Below are positions 28,534-39,472 of a DNA stretch of 64,000 bases, piece by piece. Each line of letters opens with the position of its first letter. Position 1 is the stretch's first letter. The position numbers and the translations under genes were made by a program. The DNA comes from Escherichia phage SkaterBoy_Bas90: sequence record PQ850626.1; one strand, 5' to 3'. The notes beneath the pieces were generated by a model. That model had not been told where the DNA came from and did not search any database. It saw nothing but the letters and a program-made list of their open reading frames with translations.

Positions 28534-28902
28534 CTAGATTAAATCGTAATACTGAATAATATCTGAGAGCTTGAACTCTCGAATCTCGTCTTTCTCTACA
28601 TCAATTGCTGTCATAATCCAACAAGGTTTGCCACCGTTATGAAAACGGGAGCTAGCAACGGAGGTTCGGAGTGGAATAACGGACCGGTCAGCAACCTCGC
28701 CTCTCCAATTGCGATAGCGAAAGCGAAGCACTTGTTGCGTAGATTTTTGATCATCACTCATTTCCTTTTTTGAATTGTTTTCTTGCATCATTCTCTTCTT
28801 TTGTTTTAATCTTATGACAAGGGTCTTTACACAGAACCTGAAAACCTTCTTTCTCACACAGAGCACGAGAGATGATCTCATCCCAAGTGGCTTCATGGTC
28901 AA
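28534..28902 (-). CDS. hypothetical protein (start probably internal, near 28761-28791)
   Basis: track ORF; N-terminal part overlaps HNH gene in another frame. Confidence 0.4.
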   Translation of the reverse strand: MTMKPLGMRSSLVLCVRKKVFRFCVKTLVIRLKQKKRMMQENNSKKEMSDDQKSTQQVLRFRYRNWRGEVADRSVIPLRTSVASSRFHNGGKPCWIMTAIDVEKDEIREFKLSDIIQYYDLI

Positions 28903-29155
28903 GAGGAACTATAGGCTCTATGTGGTCAATAGCCATATCCTTTACAGGGTGGTCAGAACCACACATGGCACACTTAAAGTGCATTGCCAGTCTGCCTGTC
29001 TTTGGATTAATCTTCTGCTCTGTCTTGGCGTCTGCTAGTGCATCGAACATGGGCTTCCATTTTCTAGTCAGAGAACGAATCCCTGACTTGATGAAAGAGT
29101 TGTAACGAGCTTCAGTCCACATTCCACTACAGCGAGTCTTCTCAGACTTCGCCAT
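28754..29155 (-). CDS. HNH endonuclease
   Basis: 133 aa; 'HFKCAMCGS...DMAIDHIEPI...FQVLCKDPCHKIK' HNH/zinc motif. Confidence 0.65.
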   Translation of the reverse strand: MAKSEKTRCSGMWTEARYNSFIKSGIRSLTRKWKPMFDALADAKTEQKINPKTGRLAMHFKCAMCGSDHPVKDMAIDHIEPIVPLDHEATWDEIISRALCEKEGFQVLCKDPCHKIKTKEENDARKQFKKGNE

Positions 29156-29321
29156 AATCAGCTTCTTCCCAAACTCGTTTGTTTACACGATGACTCACTT
29201 TGCCCTCACGAGGAATACGACCAGTTCGCTGATCAAACAGTTGATGTTTAATCTTTTGATCTTTACGAGATTCACGATTGGATGAGTTTTCATCATATGA
29301 ACGATAATCAAATTTACCCAT
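29142..29321 (-). CDS. small basic hypothetical protein (59 aa)
   Basis: hand-translated MGKFDYRSYDENSSNRESRKDQKIKHQLF...; SD AAGGA. Confidence 0.3.
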   Translation of the reverse strand: MGKFDYRSYDENSSNRESRKDQKIKHQLFDQRTGRIPREGKVSHRVNKRVWEEADYGEV

Positions 29322-29334
29322 TATAATATCCTTA

Positions 29335-30177
29335 TTACCAAGATTTATCTAACCATGTCCAGTCGAACAGGTCTTCCGGAGCCTGACCAACAAAGAGCAG
29401 CCGAGCATTCTCAAGCATCTTCTCTTCATCTTCAGTATCGAACTTCTTATAGTATTCCATTCGTACTATATGATACATGGTCCACTTATCTGTAACACCA
29501 GCCAACAATTTAGCTGCTGCCTTCTTCCCTATTCCTTGACGTCGAAGCTGAAGCTTACCGCCCCACATAACTTCTTTACGTTCCCCACATCCGGGGATAT
29601 TATCCGTACCATCTCCAATCAACATTTGATAGAAGAAGTTTTGCCATGAGACTAAATCGGATACATAGTGAGGAGGAACTTCTTTCTGTCTTTCTCCACA
29701 AGCCCAGCGATAATGCCATCCGGGAGTTATCAACAAATCCTTGTCTCTAGTACAGATGATAGTATTCTTATCCCTACGTTGTCTTTCAGCTAGTGCATCA
29801 TCAGCTTCTCTCCCAAAGACCTCAATGTATTCGTACTTGGCTTTAATGTAATCACCAACGTTTTGCCAGTGAAAAGGTCTTTCTCCGGGAGGTCTGTTTG
29901 CCTTGTAATCTTGCTGCTTAGCAACATCAAAACGGAAGTTACCACCTTCGCTGAAGTAGAACACAACCTTACTGCAACCTGAGCGAGCAATGATTGTATC
30001 TATCTTGTACTGAAGTCGTTCAATCATGAAATTGTAATCAACTGGAACACGTCCTGTGTCAAGAAAGGGATGCTCCTGAGTAAGAGCACCCACTTCATAT
30101 CGAAGAACGTCAGCATCCACTATAGCAACTTCAGGGAGCTTAACTTCTTCCATAAATATCATCCTGAGCTTGAGCAA
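29335..30177 (-). CDS. 5'-3' exonuclease / flap endonuclease
   Basis: 280 aa; 'CTRDKDLLI' and 'GDGTDNIPG' motifs of FEN/Pol I 5'-exo family. Confidence 0.7.
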   Translation of the reverse strand: MLKLRMIFMEEVKLPEVAIVDADVLRYEVGALTQEHPFLDTGRVPVDYNFMIERLQYKIDTIIARSGCSKVVFYFSEGGNFRFDVAKQQDYKANRPPGERPFHWQNVGDYIKAKYEYIEVFGREADDALAERQRRDKNTIICTRDKDLLITPGWHYRWACGERQKEVPPHYVSDLVSWQNFFYQMLIGDGTDNIPGCGERKEVMWGGKLQLRRQGIGKKAAAKLLAGVTDKWTMYHIVRMEYYKKFDTEDEEKMLENARLLFVGQAPEDLFDWTWLDKSW

Positions 30178-31029
30178 TAATCCAATCTAGATCTGAGACT
30201 GCTGATTCGATGGTTGAGTCATTAAACAGTAGATATGTTTTTCTCTGTTCGCCTTCAATATATGAACGAGAGTCTCCATCAAAAGAGCAACCATCTCTAA
30301 GAACTTGGACAACTTGGACATGGAAATTCTTTTCTAGTTCTCGTACCTCTGCATCAAAACCTCCGTCAGTAAACACGACAATATCATCCTGACCTAGCCC
30401 TTCTTGTTTGATACTTTTTACAGCAAGATTCCCCATATGATTGTTGCCAAACATAGGTTTTAAGAAGTCTTCACTTGTAGAAATCATCAAATCTCTTACA
30501 GACTTCCCTCCCCATTCTGGTCTAGGTTTTTCTTTCCATTCACGATCTTCATAGCGTGCTAGAAAATTTTCTAGAGGTATTCCTAGTGCAGCAGCAGCTA
30601 CTCTGTACATTGGCTCCTTGAAGGATTTGGTTGAATATCCGTGGTGGTATGAATGGGCATTGACCCAAGCATTGGCTATCGTATCTTTACCACAACCCGG
30701 AGGCCCATTAAGAATTACTACTAAAGGCTTATAGTGGGAATCTCCCACCATATTGGTCAGTGCTGGATTGCCTTGAGATTCCATTTCTAATTGCTCCGTG
30801 TGGTCATGTGAGTAATCTACTGGAGAAGTTTTGTTACCAGTAACTTTAGGTAAAATCGCTCTAGTTGTTTCTACGTACCTACCGCCATCAACATTGATTT
30901 GAAACTCTACAAGTTCATTCTGTAATTCATACCCTGATAAGTTGGATAGCTCCTCCAACTCATCTCTGACGAAATTTAAATGTTTGATTTTAATTGCAAG
31001 AGCTTTCTTTAAAGCTTTTACCTCTTCAT

Positions 31030-31039
<10 letters not shown>
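30140..31039 (-). CDS. P-loop nucleotide kinase (dNMP kinase-like)
   Basis: 299 aa; Walker A 'GPPGCGKDT'; start uncertain. Confidence 0.5.
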
Positions 31040-32525
<1,486 letters not shown>

Positions 32526-32526
<1 letters not shown>

Positions 32527-32786
32527 TATTCTATTCCACGCTCTTTCAGAGCTTCTAACAATCCATTGTGATTAGCAGCACATTCTGTGTACTGGTCCTG
32601 ATACCACTCCAACGTAGTGGCTAGTGCTTTTCCTTGAGCACTTTCTAAAAGAGGTAGGTCAACCCTACATTCAGCTTTTAGGTTTGTTGGTAAGGGCATT
32701 GATTGCCTGCTGTTGTCGCTCGTTGAACAAGCTGACATACTCATCACTAGCGCAGACATTATAAAAAACTGGTTTAGTTTTCTCAT
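32526..32786 (-). CDS. o-spanin (Rz1-like outer-membrane lipoprotein)
   Basis: internal ATG 32786 of track ORF 32526-32885; signal peptide with lipobox 'SMSAC', Pro/Cys-containing mature part; starts inside i-spanin gene in another frame. Confidence 0.5.
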
Positions 32787-33021
32787 AATGCATCTCTTTA
32801 TAAACGGTTTCCGTGTTCTTCTTCCAGTTAGATAAACCGGTAAGAACTCTCTGAGCAACTTCATCAGCTGCTCTACTTCTTTCAATCTCTAATTCTTGCT
32901 GGTGCTTCTCTTTGTCCAGATTACTGCTGTCTGTTTGATATTCGTTAAACTTCATACCACCAAAGAATACAAGAGCTGAGAAAACGATAAACCCTAAGTT
33001 ATCACTTAATGTGTTTTGCAT
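32671..33021 (-). CDS. i-spanin (Rz-like)
   Basis: N-terminal TMD 'LGFIVFSALVFFGG' then charged coiled coil; track GTG start 33045 lies inside the terminator hairpin, so ATG 33021 preferred. Confidence 0.5.
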   Translation of the reverse strand: MQNTLSDNLGFIVFSALVFFGGMKFNEYQTDSSNLDKEKHQQELEIERSRAADEVAQRVLTGLSNWKKNTETVYKEMHYEKTKPVFYNVCASDEYVSLFNERQQQAINALTNKPKS

Positions 33022-33030
33022 GTTGTCTCC

Positions 33031-33057
33031 AACGAAAAAAGCCACCCGGAGGTGGCT
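33031..33057 (-). terminator. rho-independent terminator after SSB
   Basis: AGCCACC-CGGA-GGTGGCT hairpin followed on minus strand by TTTTTTCGTT. Confidence 0.6.
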
Positions 33058-33078
33058 AAGCTATAACAAGGAGAGTTA

Positions 33079-33825
33079 TTAGAATGGGCTATCGTTGTCG
33101 TCTTCGTAAGTAGAAGCAGGCTCTTTATCAATCGTAGGGATTGAAGGAGTAGCTTCTTTCTGCTCTGTTTCAGAAGCACGAGTAATTTCACGACCAGCCA
33201 GAGGCATGTTCTTAGCGTCATTAGCTTGAGTAAGCAGGTTGCGCTGGAACGGGAACATCAGTTGGTAGGATGCTACGTTCTCGTCGGTTTCAGCATATGG
33301 TTCGAAGAATACCAGAGGACTACGAGCTTCACCAACTGCTGCACGATATTTGGTTGGGATTGGAGAAATGGTCTTGATGGAGTTTTTAACTTCACCAGCT
33401 TTGTTAGTATAAGAGTTAACCAGAATGTTAACAGGCTGACCTAACAGAACATCCTTGAACCAAGATAGATCACCTTTCAGTGCTTGAATACTTGGGTCAA
33501 TCATCTTGCAAAGATCAAGAATACCAGAGTTCTTAGCTCGTGGGTTTACATCATAGCTCTTGAACTGGCAAGCTGGACGTGGTTCTAATGCCTTACCATC
33601 GGAATCTTTACCAGTAGCATCAACACCAATCAGCTCGAAAGCTAAATCCATACGGAAAGCCGGATTCTTAGGAGTCACTGCTTTGGTCTTCGGGTCAATC
33701 CAAGGGTCACGATTGTGAACACCCAAACCTACTACACGAACGATACGTGCTTCGTACTCACCATCAGGGATTACATCGTAGTTGGATTTACGGGAAGCGG
33801 TTGCGATAGTTGGAATCATAGACAT
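33079..33825 (-). CDS. single-stranded DNA-binding protein
   Basis: 248 aa; acidic C-terminal tail '...STYEDDNDSPF'; sits in replication module. Confidence 0.6.
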   Translation of the reverse strand: MSMIPTIATASRKSNYDVIPDGEYEARIVRVVGLGVHNRDPWIDPKTKAVTPKNPAFRMDLAFELIGVDATGKDSDGKALEPRPACQFKSYDVNPRAKNSGILDLCKMIDPSIQALKGDLSWFKDVLLGQPVNILVNSYTNKAGEVKNSIKTISPIPTKYRAAVGEARSPLVFFEPYAETDENVASYQLMFPFQRNLLTQANDAKNMPLAGREITRASETEQKEATPSIPTIDKEPASTYEDDNDSPF

Positions 33826-34241
33826 ATTTTAATTTCCTTATTTAATTTGAAAGATTGTTGCTCTCTTTGAGCGGTTATGTATAGTATACATTACGCTTAT
33901 ACCGATAAGAGTACTATATAATATAAGTATCTTTGGTAGTAGATATATCACACTAGTAATGTATATATTGTATAGCTGATAAAGTTATTGCAGGCTTGTA
34001 TATTGGGCAATTCACAGAATCCCTTGCAAGTACCGAAGGGCAGGAGCCACCTGCGAGATAAAAATAGAGAATTAAGGAATCCTTGATTTAGGTTGTAGGG
34101 ACTCCTAGGGACTTTGATTCTCTATTTAAAAGAATATTAATTACTTATTACCTAAATAATTAACTAACTTACTTAAACCAAATTCAAGAATAATAGATAA
34201 AAAGATTATTCCTAAGAAAGCTAAAAAGTAAAGAATATAAG
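33826..34241. other. 416-bp ORF-free AT-rich region with inverted/direct repeats (candidate origin/promoter hub)
   Basis: repeated GTATA motifs, TAGGGACT x2, 11-bp inverted repeat AAATAGAGAAT/ATTCTCTATTT. Confidence 0.4.
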
Positions 34242-34490
34242 TTACCATTCAAGTAAACCTTTAAAATTAGATTTTTCTACTATCCTCTGATAACGAAGAT
34301 TAGAATCAGCTTGTTTCTTTAACATCTCATTATATTGATCTCTAATAGAGTCTTTATAAACTACAGGTTCTTTAAATAATGAGATCTTGTTCTTTTCTTC
34401 TTTCATCAAAGACCTTCCTAATCTCTTGCAGAGAAACAGCTTTATAGTCAATTTGCTCCATTGATGTACAGAAATATCTCCAATCATCAA
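34242..34490 (-). CDS. hypothetical small protein (start probably internal)
   Basis: track ORF overlapping 3' end of phosphoesterase gene in another frame. Confidence 0.3.
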   Translation of the reverse strand: MMIGDISVHQWSKLTIKLFLCKRLGRSLMKEEKNKISLFKEPVVYKDSIRDQYNEMLKKQADSNLRYQRIVEKSNFKGLLEW

Positions 34491-34875
34491 TTACATGGTT
34501 GTGTGTATGAGCATAAATGTTAAACTTTCCTCTCATCTCATCAGTGTGAATAGGAATATGAGTTACCCAAAACTCTTTATATTTATAATCACCAGAGATT
34601 CTACGGAAGACTTTCATCATATCATGGAGAAGTTCTAACCTGTCATGGTTTCCTAAGACTAGATGCTTCTCTCCTCTTACTTCAGCGATGATATCAAGGG
34701 CATACTTTTCAAACACCCAATCACCGGTAAAGAAGATTTTATCACGCTTAGTTACATGATCAAATGCAGCTAGGATTGCTTTGTCGTGTTCTTCGATGGT
34801 TTTAAATTGCTTACGAAAACTACAGATGTTGCGATGGCCTAAGTGACCATCCCCTGCAAAATAAACTTCAGCCAT
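34372..34875 (-). CDS. calcineurin-like metallophosphoesterase
   Basis: 167 aa; 'GDGHLGH', 'GDWVFE', 'GNHD', 'HTH' phosphoesterase motifs. Confidence 0.7.
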   Translation of the reverse strand: MAEVYFAGDGHLGHRNICSFRKQFKTIEEHDKAILAAFDHVTKRDKIFFTGDWVFEKYALDIIAEVRGEKHLVLGNHDRLELLHDMMKVFRRISGDYKYKEFWVTHIPIHTDEMRGKFNIYAHTHNHVIDDWRYFCTSMEQIDYKAVSLQEIRKVFDERRKEQDLII

Positions 34876-34884
34876 AAAGACCTC

Positions 34885-35100
34885 TTAGATAGTACACCCA
34901 TCACAAGTTAAGTCACCTAGCAGGGACAGGGAAAGTAATCTGGATTGCTCATCGCTGTATAGTTGATCAATCTCTTCTTTAAGTTTTGCCAACTCCATAA
35001 AGTTAATGAGCTGACCATGTTCGAGGCAGTCTGTTTTTAGTACGAACAAAACTTCAGCGTTGGTTGAGTCTTCACTTGAGTATTTATCAATGTATTCCAT
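34885..35100 (-). CDS. hypothetical protein
   Basis: 71 aa track ORF. Confidence 0.4.
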   Translation of the reverse strand: MEYIDKYSSEDSTNAEVLFVLKTDCLEHGQLINFMELAKLKEEIDQLYSDEQSRLLSLSLLGDLTCDGCTI

Positions 35101-35102
35101 TT

Positions 35103-35345
35103 TTATGCCACATCTCCTTGTTTGTTGTTAATAACATCCAGTGCTGTATAAGCTTTACCTGTTCCTAAGTATTCCAAAACTGGAGGACTCTTCTTTTCTT
35201 CAGCGACTACATAAGGTGTGATCTTCCCTTTCAGTACAGCCTGAGATGCTTTAGCACTGTCTTCAGAGGTATGAATAGTAGTAAGCCCTTTCTTTCCAAT
35301 TCTATAAGTGTGAACCCAAATCATTCTTCTTCCCCATATTCCCAA
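35103..35345 (-). CDS. hypothetical protein (start likely ATG 35324, ATGA overlap)
   Basis: track ORF. Confidence 0.4.
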   Translation of the reverse strand: MGIWGRRMIWVHTYRIGKKGLTTIHTSEDSAKASQAVLKGKITPYVVAEEKKSPPVLEYLGTGKAYTALDVINNKQGDVA

Positions 35346-35488
35346 TTTCTTTCATAATATCCAGAGTTATAGTTTAGGGCGCACTTCTCGGCCTCTTCTA
35401 TGTCGTCGGTGTTTAGGATATTCACCCACCCTCCAGCTTCATCAAAACCTTCTTCTTCCTCGTTAATCCATACACTATATTTCTTCAT
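35321..35488 (-). CDS. small acidic hypothetical protein (55 aa)
   Basis: hand-translated MKKYSVWINEEEEGFDEAGGWVNILNTDDIEEAEKCALNYNSGYYERNWEYGEEE; ATGA overlap with upstream stop. Confidence 0.3.
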   Translation of the reverse strand: MKKYSVWINEEEEGFDEAGGWVNILNTDDIEEAEKCALNYNSGYYERNWEYGEEE

Positions 35489-35877
35489 CGAATCACCAAA
35501 GGCTCTTCAGAGTACACAGGAGCGGCTATTTCTACAGGAGGTGCTGCCCTAAGGTCATTAAGTCTTACGCCCTTCAGCATACCGTCTAGGTGGTCCTTTT
35601 TGGGGATTCCAACAGGGAAGTCATCAATCCAGATATCGACGAAGAAACCTAACTGTCGACACACCTCATCCTTCTGCACACCATTACAAAAGATGATAGG
35701 AATCTGCAAACACTCTGCATCAATCTTAATGTCATAATTATCATACCCATTAGGCTCTGCAAAGCGATAAGTTACAAAGCGTACATCGTAGCCCTTTTCT
35801 TGCATTAATGCCACCACAGAGCGCCACAGCTTTTTATCTGAGGTGTAAGTGTCATCGTAATCTAAACCAATATTCAT
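35485..35877 (-). CDS. HAD-superfamily phosphatase (5'-nucleotidase-like)
   Basis: starts 'MNIGLDYDDTYT' (DxDxT motif I); track TTG start 35895 lies in terminator hairpin. Confidence 0.5.
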   Translation of the reverse strand: MNIGLDYDDTYTSDKKLWRSVVALMQEKGYDVRFVTYRFAEPNGYDNYDIKIDAECLQIPIIFCNGVQKDEVCRQLGFFVDIWIDDFPVGIPKKDHLDGMLKGVRLNDLRAAPPVEIAAPVYSEEPLVIR

Positions 35878-35890
35878 GTCAAATCCTTTA

Positions 35891-35917
35891 GACAAGAAAA
35901 GCCGCCCGAAGGCAGCT
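35891..35917 (-). terminator. UUCG-tetraloop hairpin + U-rich tract (minus strand)
   Basis: plus AGCCGCC-CGAA-GGCAGCT; on minus followed by TTTCTTGTCT. Confidence 0.45.
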
Positions 35918-36109
35918 TCTTATTTAACTGTTCACTTTAGCTTCAAGTGTTTCGTTTTCAATACTCAAGTCAATCACTACACCAGTAAGCTCAACGACTG
36001 CTTGGCGAAGGGCATCTTTACCCATAGAGTGTACTTGAGATAAGAAGAAAGCTTTACCTTCTTCAGTGGATAGGGTTTCTTTTAATTCAGAAGCAGTCAT
36101 TGATATTCC

Positions 36110-36304
36110 TTATGTTATGTTATAAATTCGCATGATTGTACCACCATTGGCTTCAATAGCAGCAACCATTTGGTTTCGTTCTTCATCCGTGTAAACTAAC
36201 ACACTTCTAAACTCGCCTGTTGCATCAGTATAAAGGATGTTATATTTTGGAGGCGGTTTACGGTAAATACCTTCCATCACTCTTTCTCCTCTCGTTCTTT
36301 CCAC
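36110..36304 (-). CDS. hypothetical protein
   Basis: 64 aa track ORF. Confidence 0.4.
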   Translation of the reverse strand: MERTRGERVMEGIYRKPPPKYNILYTDATGEFRSVLVYTDEERNQMVAAIEANGGTIMRIYNIT

Positions 36305-36460
36305 AGTTCGGCTAGCTCTAGATAGAACTCAGCCTCATCAGGACGACCTTGTTCATTACAGATGGCGCTCTGACGATAACACCAATCCGATGGCATCTCT
36401 TCCACTTCAATCTCCTTGTTACGAACCAATCAATAAGAATAGTTCATTCGTCTTATTTAT

Positions 36461-36655
36461 TCACTCTACCAATGCAGGTACTTCTATCCTTTTAACTGTG
36501 AATGTCTTGTTTGGAAACTTTCGAACTAGCTCTGCTGCTTTGGTTATTGCTAAGTTCTCTGTCTCAAAGATACACAGTTGACCATTTAATGCTACGAGAG
36601 TGGAGCCACCGCTGAAGACGGCCCAAGATTCATAATAACCACGAACACTCATCAC
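36461..36655 (-). CDS. hypothetical protein
   Basis: 64 aa track ORF, coupled to next. Confidence 0.4.
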   Translation of the reverse strand: MMSVRGYYESWAVFSGGSTLVALNGQLCIFETENLAITKAAELVRKFPNKTFTVKRIEVPALVE

Positions 36656-37020
36656 TCAACCTCAATATTATATAGAGTTTTCAGTGTATCTTTAATCCAA
36701 GTAATTCTTTTTTGGTTCTTGTGGTGTGATCTGTTATCCCTATCTCTGAAATATTGGTCACAGCCAAAAGGGTATGTATGGTCCGAGAATTTATCTTGGT
36801 TAAACATATTCTTCATGTCATCCACGTCTAGATGTTTTGTGAAATAATAATACTTCTTATAACAGCGGAAGTTGAAGCATAGTCCGTGATCTTCGTTAAA
36901 CCAAGGAGGACACTCTTCTGTTTGAGTTATATGATAATACTGGAGGAGGAAATCTTCCATCCCTCTCTCCTTGAATAAACACCTAAGTGTTCTATAGATT
37001 ATATTAGTTTCTTTCATCAC
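36652..37020 (-). CDS. hypothetical protein
   Basis: 122 aa, Cys/His/aromatic-rich. Confidence 0.45.
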   Translation of the reverse strand: MMKETNIIYRTLRCLFKERGMEDFLLQYYHITQTEECPPWFNEDHGLCFNFRCYKKYYYFTKHLDVDDMKNMFNQDKFSDHTYPFGCDQYFRDRDNRSHHKNQKRITWIKDTLKTLYNIEVE

Positions 37021-37025
37021 TCACC

Positions 37026-38870
37026 TTAGTGTGTGTGCATCCAGTTAAGTCCAATCTGACAATCAGATGCCAGAGGACATTCCATGTTCAGATACTCGCC
37101 AGCTTTCTTAACACAAAGCTCAGTGTGCTCTTTGAGTTTCTGTACATCATTACGGTTTACTGAGAATTGACCTTCATCGTGCATATCAATTACCTTAGCA
37201 CAACGAACCTTATCTTTCTCAATCCACTTGTTAAGGAACATCATAGCATATTTCATAACAACAGCACCAGCACATTGCAGGAGTGTGTTAAGGGCTTTAT
37301 GAACCATAACCTTACCAGTGGCATCCCGTCTCATTGTAATCTTACGACCATCAACTCCAATCAAGTATCCTTGAGCAGCTTTCTCTGTCATACGATCAAT
37401 GAGGATTGCAATACATGGGTTCTCTGCTAAGAAACGTGCTCGCATCACTGAACCTTCGTCAGCCCCACCACCTACAATTGAACCAAGCTTAGCATCGCCA
37501 GCACCGTAGTTGAATGCATAGATAAACGTTTTAGCGTTGTCACGAGTAGGAAGACCAGCAAGTTTCTGGTTGTGGGAGTGGATATCACCTTCAAGGAGAA
37601 TATCACGATACATAATAGCAGAAGCTAAACCACGTTCTGCCAGAGCTTTCTTAGCTGGGTTGTTCTCTTCAATTGCCTCAGCAAGCATATCCCTACACTC
37701 TTTAATGAGGTAGTGAGCGAGCATACGAAGTTCAAGTCCAGAACCATCATACCCCAAGAATACTTCTTTACCAGCGGGTATGTAATATTTGTAAGCGCCT
37801 ACAGGTTTGTCTTTCTTCCCCGGCTTACCTTTCTCGTAAATTACGTTAGTACCTTTTCGTATATAACAACCATCAGGAACAACGTTAGTAATAACGAAAG
37901 GACGAGAGTGATCACTGTCTGAGTTATAGTCAGACTCAAACAAACTGCGACACTCGTGACCAAACAAACCACGGGAGGGAATATTAACCACGATACGATG
38001 TTTGAATCGAAAAGTTGGCGTAGCGCAGCTGTTAGCTTCTGCCGAAAGTTTACCATCTTCGCGTTCCTTTGCTATGAGTCCACTGATAAGACCTAGCCTG
38101 TGAGCCGCTACAACGCGTCTCTTAAGCAAACTTCCGACACTCCCTAGCTCACCCCCTAACCCTTCTTCAAGAGTCTCCTCGAGGTTTGTAGGAGCTGTAG
38201 GCCACTTGTTTGATGTGGCTAGTGCTTTCTTAATCTCATCAAACGTTACAGGATTACGACGATTCGGGTTTAATCCCAAACCAAATACGTAAGCCTTCAT
38301 ATAATTCTTAGTTTTAAACCTGAAATGCTTTTCTAAGAACTTCTTAATATCAGCGTCAACCATCTCGGCTGTCTGCTTCTGCTTAGCATTGCCTCGCATC
38401 CAAGCAGTATACCATGCTTGGTACGTTCCATACTTTCTCATATCTTTCTTAATTTCGAAAGTATTCCAAGGCTTCTTAGATACGTTAAACTCTGGAGGAA
38501 GAAAGCCCTCATCCATAAGAGCTTCTTTAACTCGTGCATCTTTCGATGGGTCAAAGTCTACGTATTCGACACAGGTGAAAGCTCCACCAATATCTTCTCT
38601 CTTCAGCCCAACCCTATCACAATAGGCTTGAGGCCACTTCTGTAAAGCTCCAGACTTCTTAAACGGCTTCATGTAAGTAGAGCCGTCTAATCTCATCTTA
38701 GGTAAGAGAGGAATCAACTCTCTGTCAATATTAACAATAATCTCTTTAAGGAGGTGAACATACCACCGAGCATTTCTTCGGTTGAAACTCACTCCGTGCT
38801 TTGCTTGCTTAGAGATTATATCAGCGACAGTCATCTCTGTCAAAAATGGAAGAGCGTCCGGGTTGCTCAC
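37026..38870 (-). CDS. DNA polymerase, family A (polymerase domain only)
   Basis: 614 aa; motif A 'YDGSGLELRMLAHY', motif B 'RDNAKTFIYAFNYGAG', motif C 'VIDMHDEGQF'; no DEDD exonuclease motifs. Confidence 0.85.
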   Translation of the reverse strand: MSNPDALPFLTEMTVADIISKQAKHGVSFNRRNARWYVHLLKEIIVNIDRELIPLLPKMRLDGSTYMKPFKKSGALQKWPQAYCDRVGLKREDIGGAFTCVEYVDFDPSKDARVKEALMDEGFLPPEFNVSKKPWNTFEIKKDMRKYGTYQAWYTAWMRGNAKQKQTAEMVDADIKKFLEKHFRFKTKNYMKAYVFGLGLNPNRRNPVTFDEIKKALATSNKWPTAPTNLEETLEEGLGGELGSVGSLLKRRVVAAHRLGLISGLIAKEREDGKLSAEANSCATPTFRFKHRIVVNIPSRGLFGHECRSLFESDYNSDSDHSRPFVITNVVPDGCYIRKGTNVIYEKGKPGKKDKPVGAYKYYIPAGKEVFLGYDGSGLELRMLAHYLIKECRDMLAEAIEENNPAKKALAERGLASAIMYRDILLEGDIHSHNQKLAGLPTRDNAKTFIYAFNYGAGDAKLGSIVGGGADEGSVMRARFLAENPCIAILIDRMTEKAAQGYLIGVDGRKITMRRDATGKVMVHKALNTLLQCAGAVVMKYAMMFLNKWIEKDKVRCAKVIDMHDEGQFSVNRNDVQKLKEHTELCVKKAGEYLNMECPLASDCQIGLNWMHTH

Positions 38871-38886
38871 TTTATACTCCTTTAAA

Positions 38887-39309
38887 TTATTGGTAAAGTA
38901 AATCTGTAAATGCTTGGTTATCTTCTACTACATTCAACATGGTAGCTTCATCACTATAAGCCCTAACCGTCCCGTTGACAACTGTCCAAGGAGGAGGTGG
39001 AGGTGGTGCATGGTTAGCCCTATCTTCACGAGGTTGCTCTCGTACTAAATGAGCCACAACCCTCTGATTAGCAACTTCTTCTCTTTCTCTGATAGCTCTC
39101 TGAATGTAGGCCAGCTTCATGCCCCAAGCTTCTTCAAACTCTTGAGGGTGTTTATCACTGATAACAACATACTGACGTTCAGTAATACCAGAGCGAATTT
39201 CTGATAATAATTCATGGAACAAATCCAGTTCATGTTCAGTGAGATTCATTTCGATATCATCCCACTTGAGAACTAAGAAACGGTTTGGATATCTAGCTGG
39301 TAATGGCAT
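38887..39309 (-). CDS. hypothetical protein
   Basis: 140 aa, poly-Pro 'APPPPPPW'. Confidence 0.45.
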   Translation of the reverse strand: MPLPARYPNRFLVLKWDDIEMNLTEHELDLFHELLSEIRSGITERQYVVISDKHPQEFEEAWGMKLAYIQRAIREREEVANQRVVAHLVREQPREDRANHAPPPPPPWTVVNGTVRAYSDEATMLNVVEDNQAFTDLLYQ

Positions 39310-39310
39310 C

Positions 39311-39469
39311 CTACTCCACCTCTACTTCAATGTAAGTTCTCTCGCCAACATCGTCTTTTAAGACCCATGACTTGGCATCTTCTTCCGACTTAAAAGCTTT
39401 CACAACGCTGTATCCGCCTTCCCATTCATCGCCGAACCAGCGCTGTCCTACGTAAATGTATTCTTTCAT
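39311..39469 (-). CDS. small hypothetical protein (52 aa)
   Basis: hand-translated MKEYIYVGQRWFGDEWEGGYSVVKAFKSEEDAKSWVLKDDVGERTYIEVEVE. Confidence 0.3.
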   Translation of the reverse strand: MKEYIYVGQRWFGDEWEGGYSVVKAFKSEEDAKSWVLKDDVGERTYIEVEVE

Positions 39470-39472
39470 CAC

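Noticed and set aside
33022-33045. GTG start at 33045 for the i-spanin
   Set aside because: It lies inside the terminator hairpin of the upstream SSB gene; the ATG at 33021 just after the U tract is preferred.
35878-35895. TTG start at 35895 for the HAD phosphatase
   Set aside because: It lies inside a terminator hairpin; the ATG at 35877 gives an N-terminus beginning with the HAD motif I (DxDxT) and has an SD.
35925-36100. Small minus-strand ORF between 36110-36304 and the HAD gene
   Set aside because: Careful retranslation gives only 40 aa with low-complexity sequence; an initial longer reading was a frame error.
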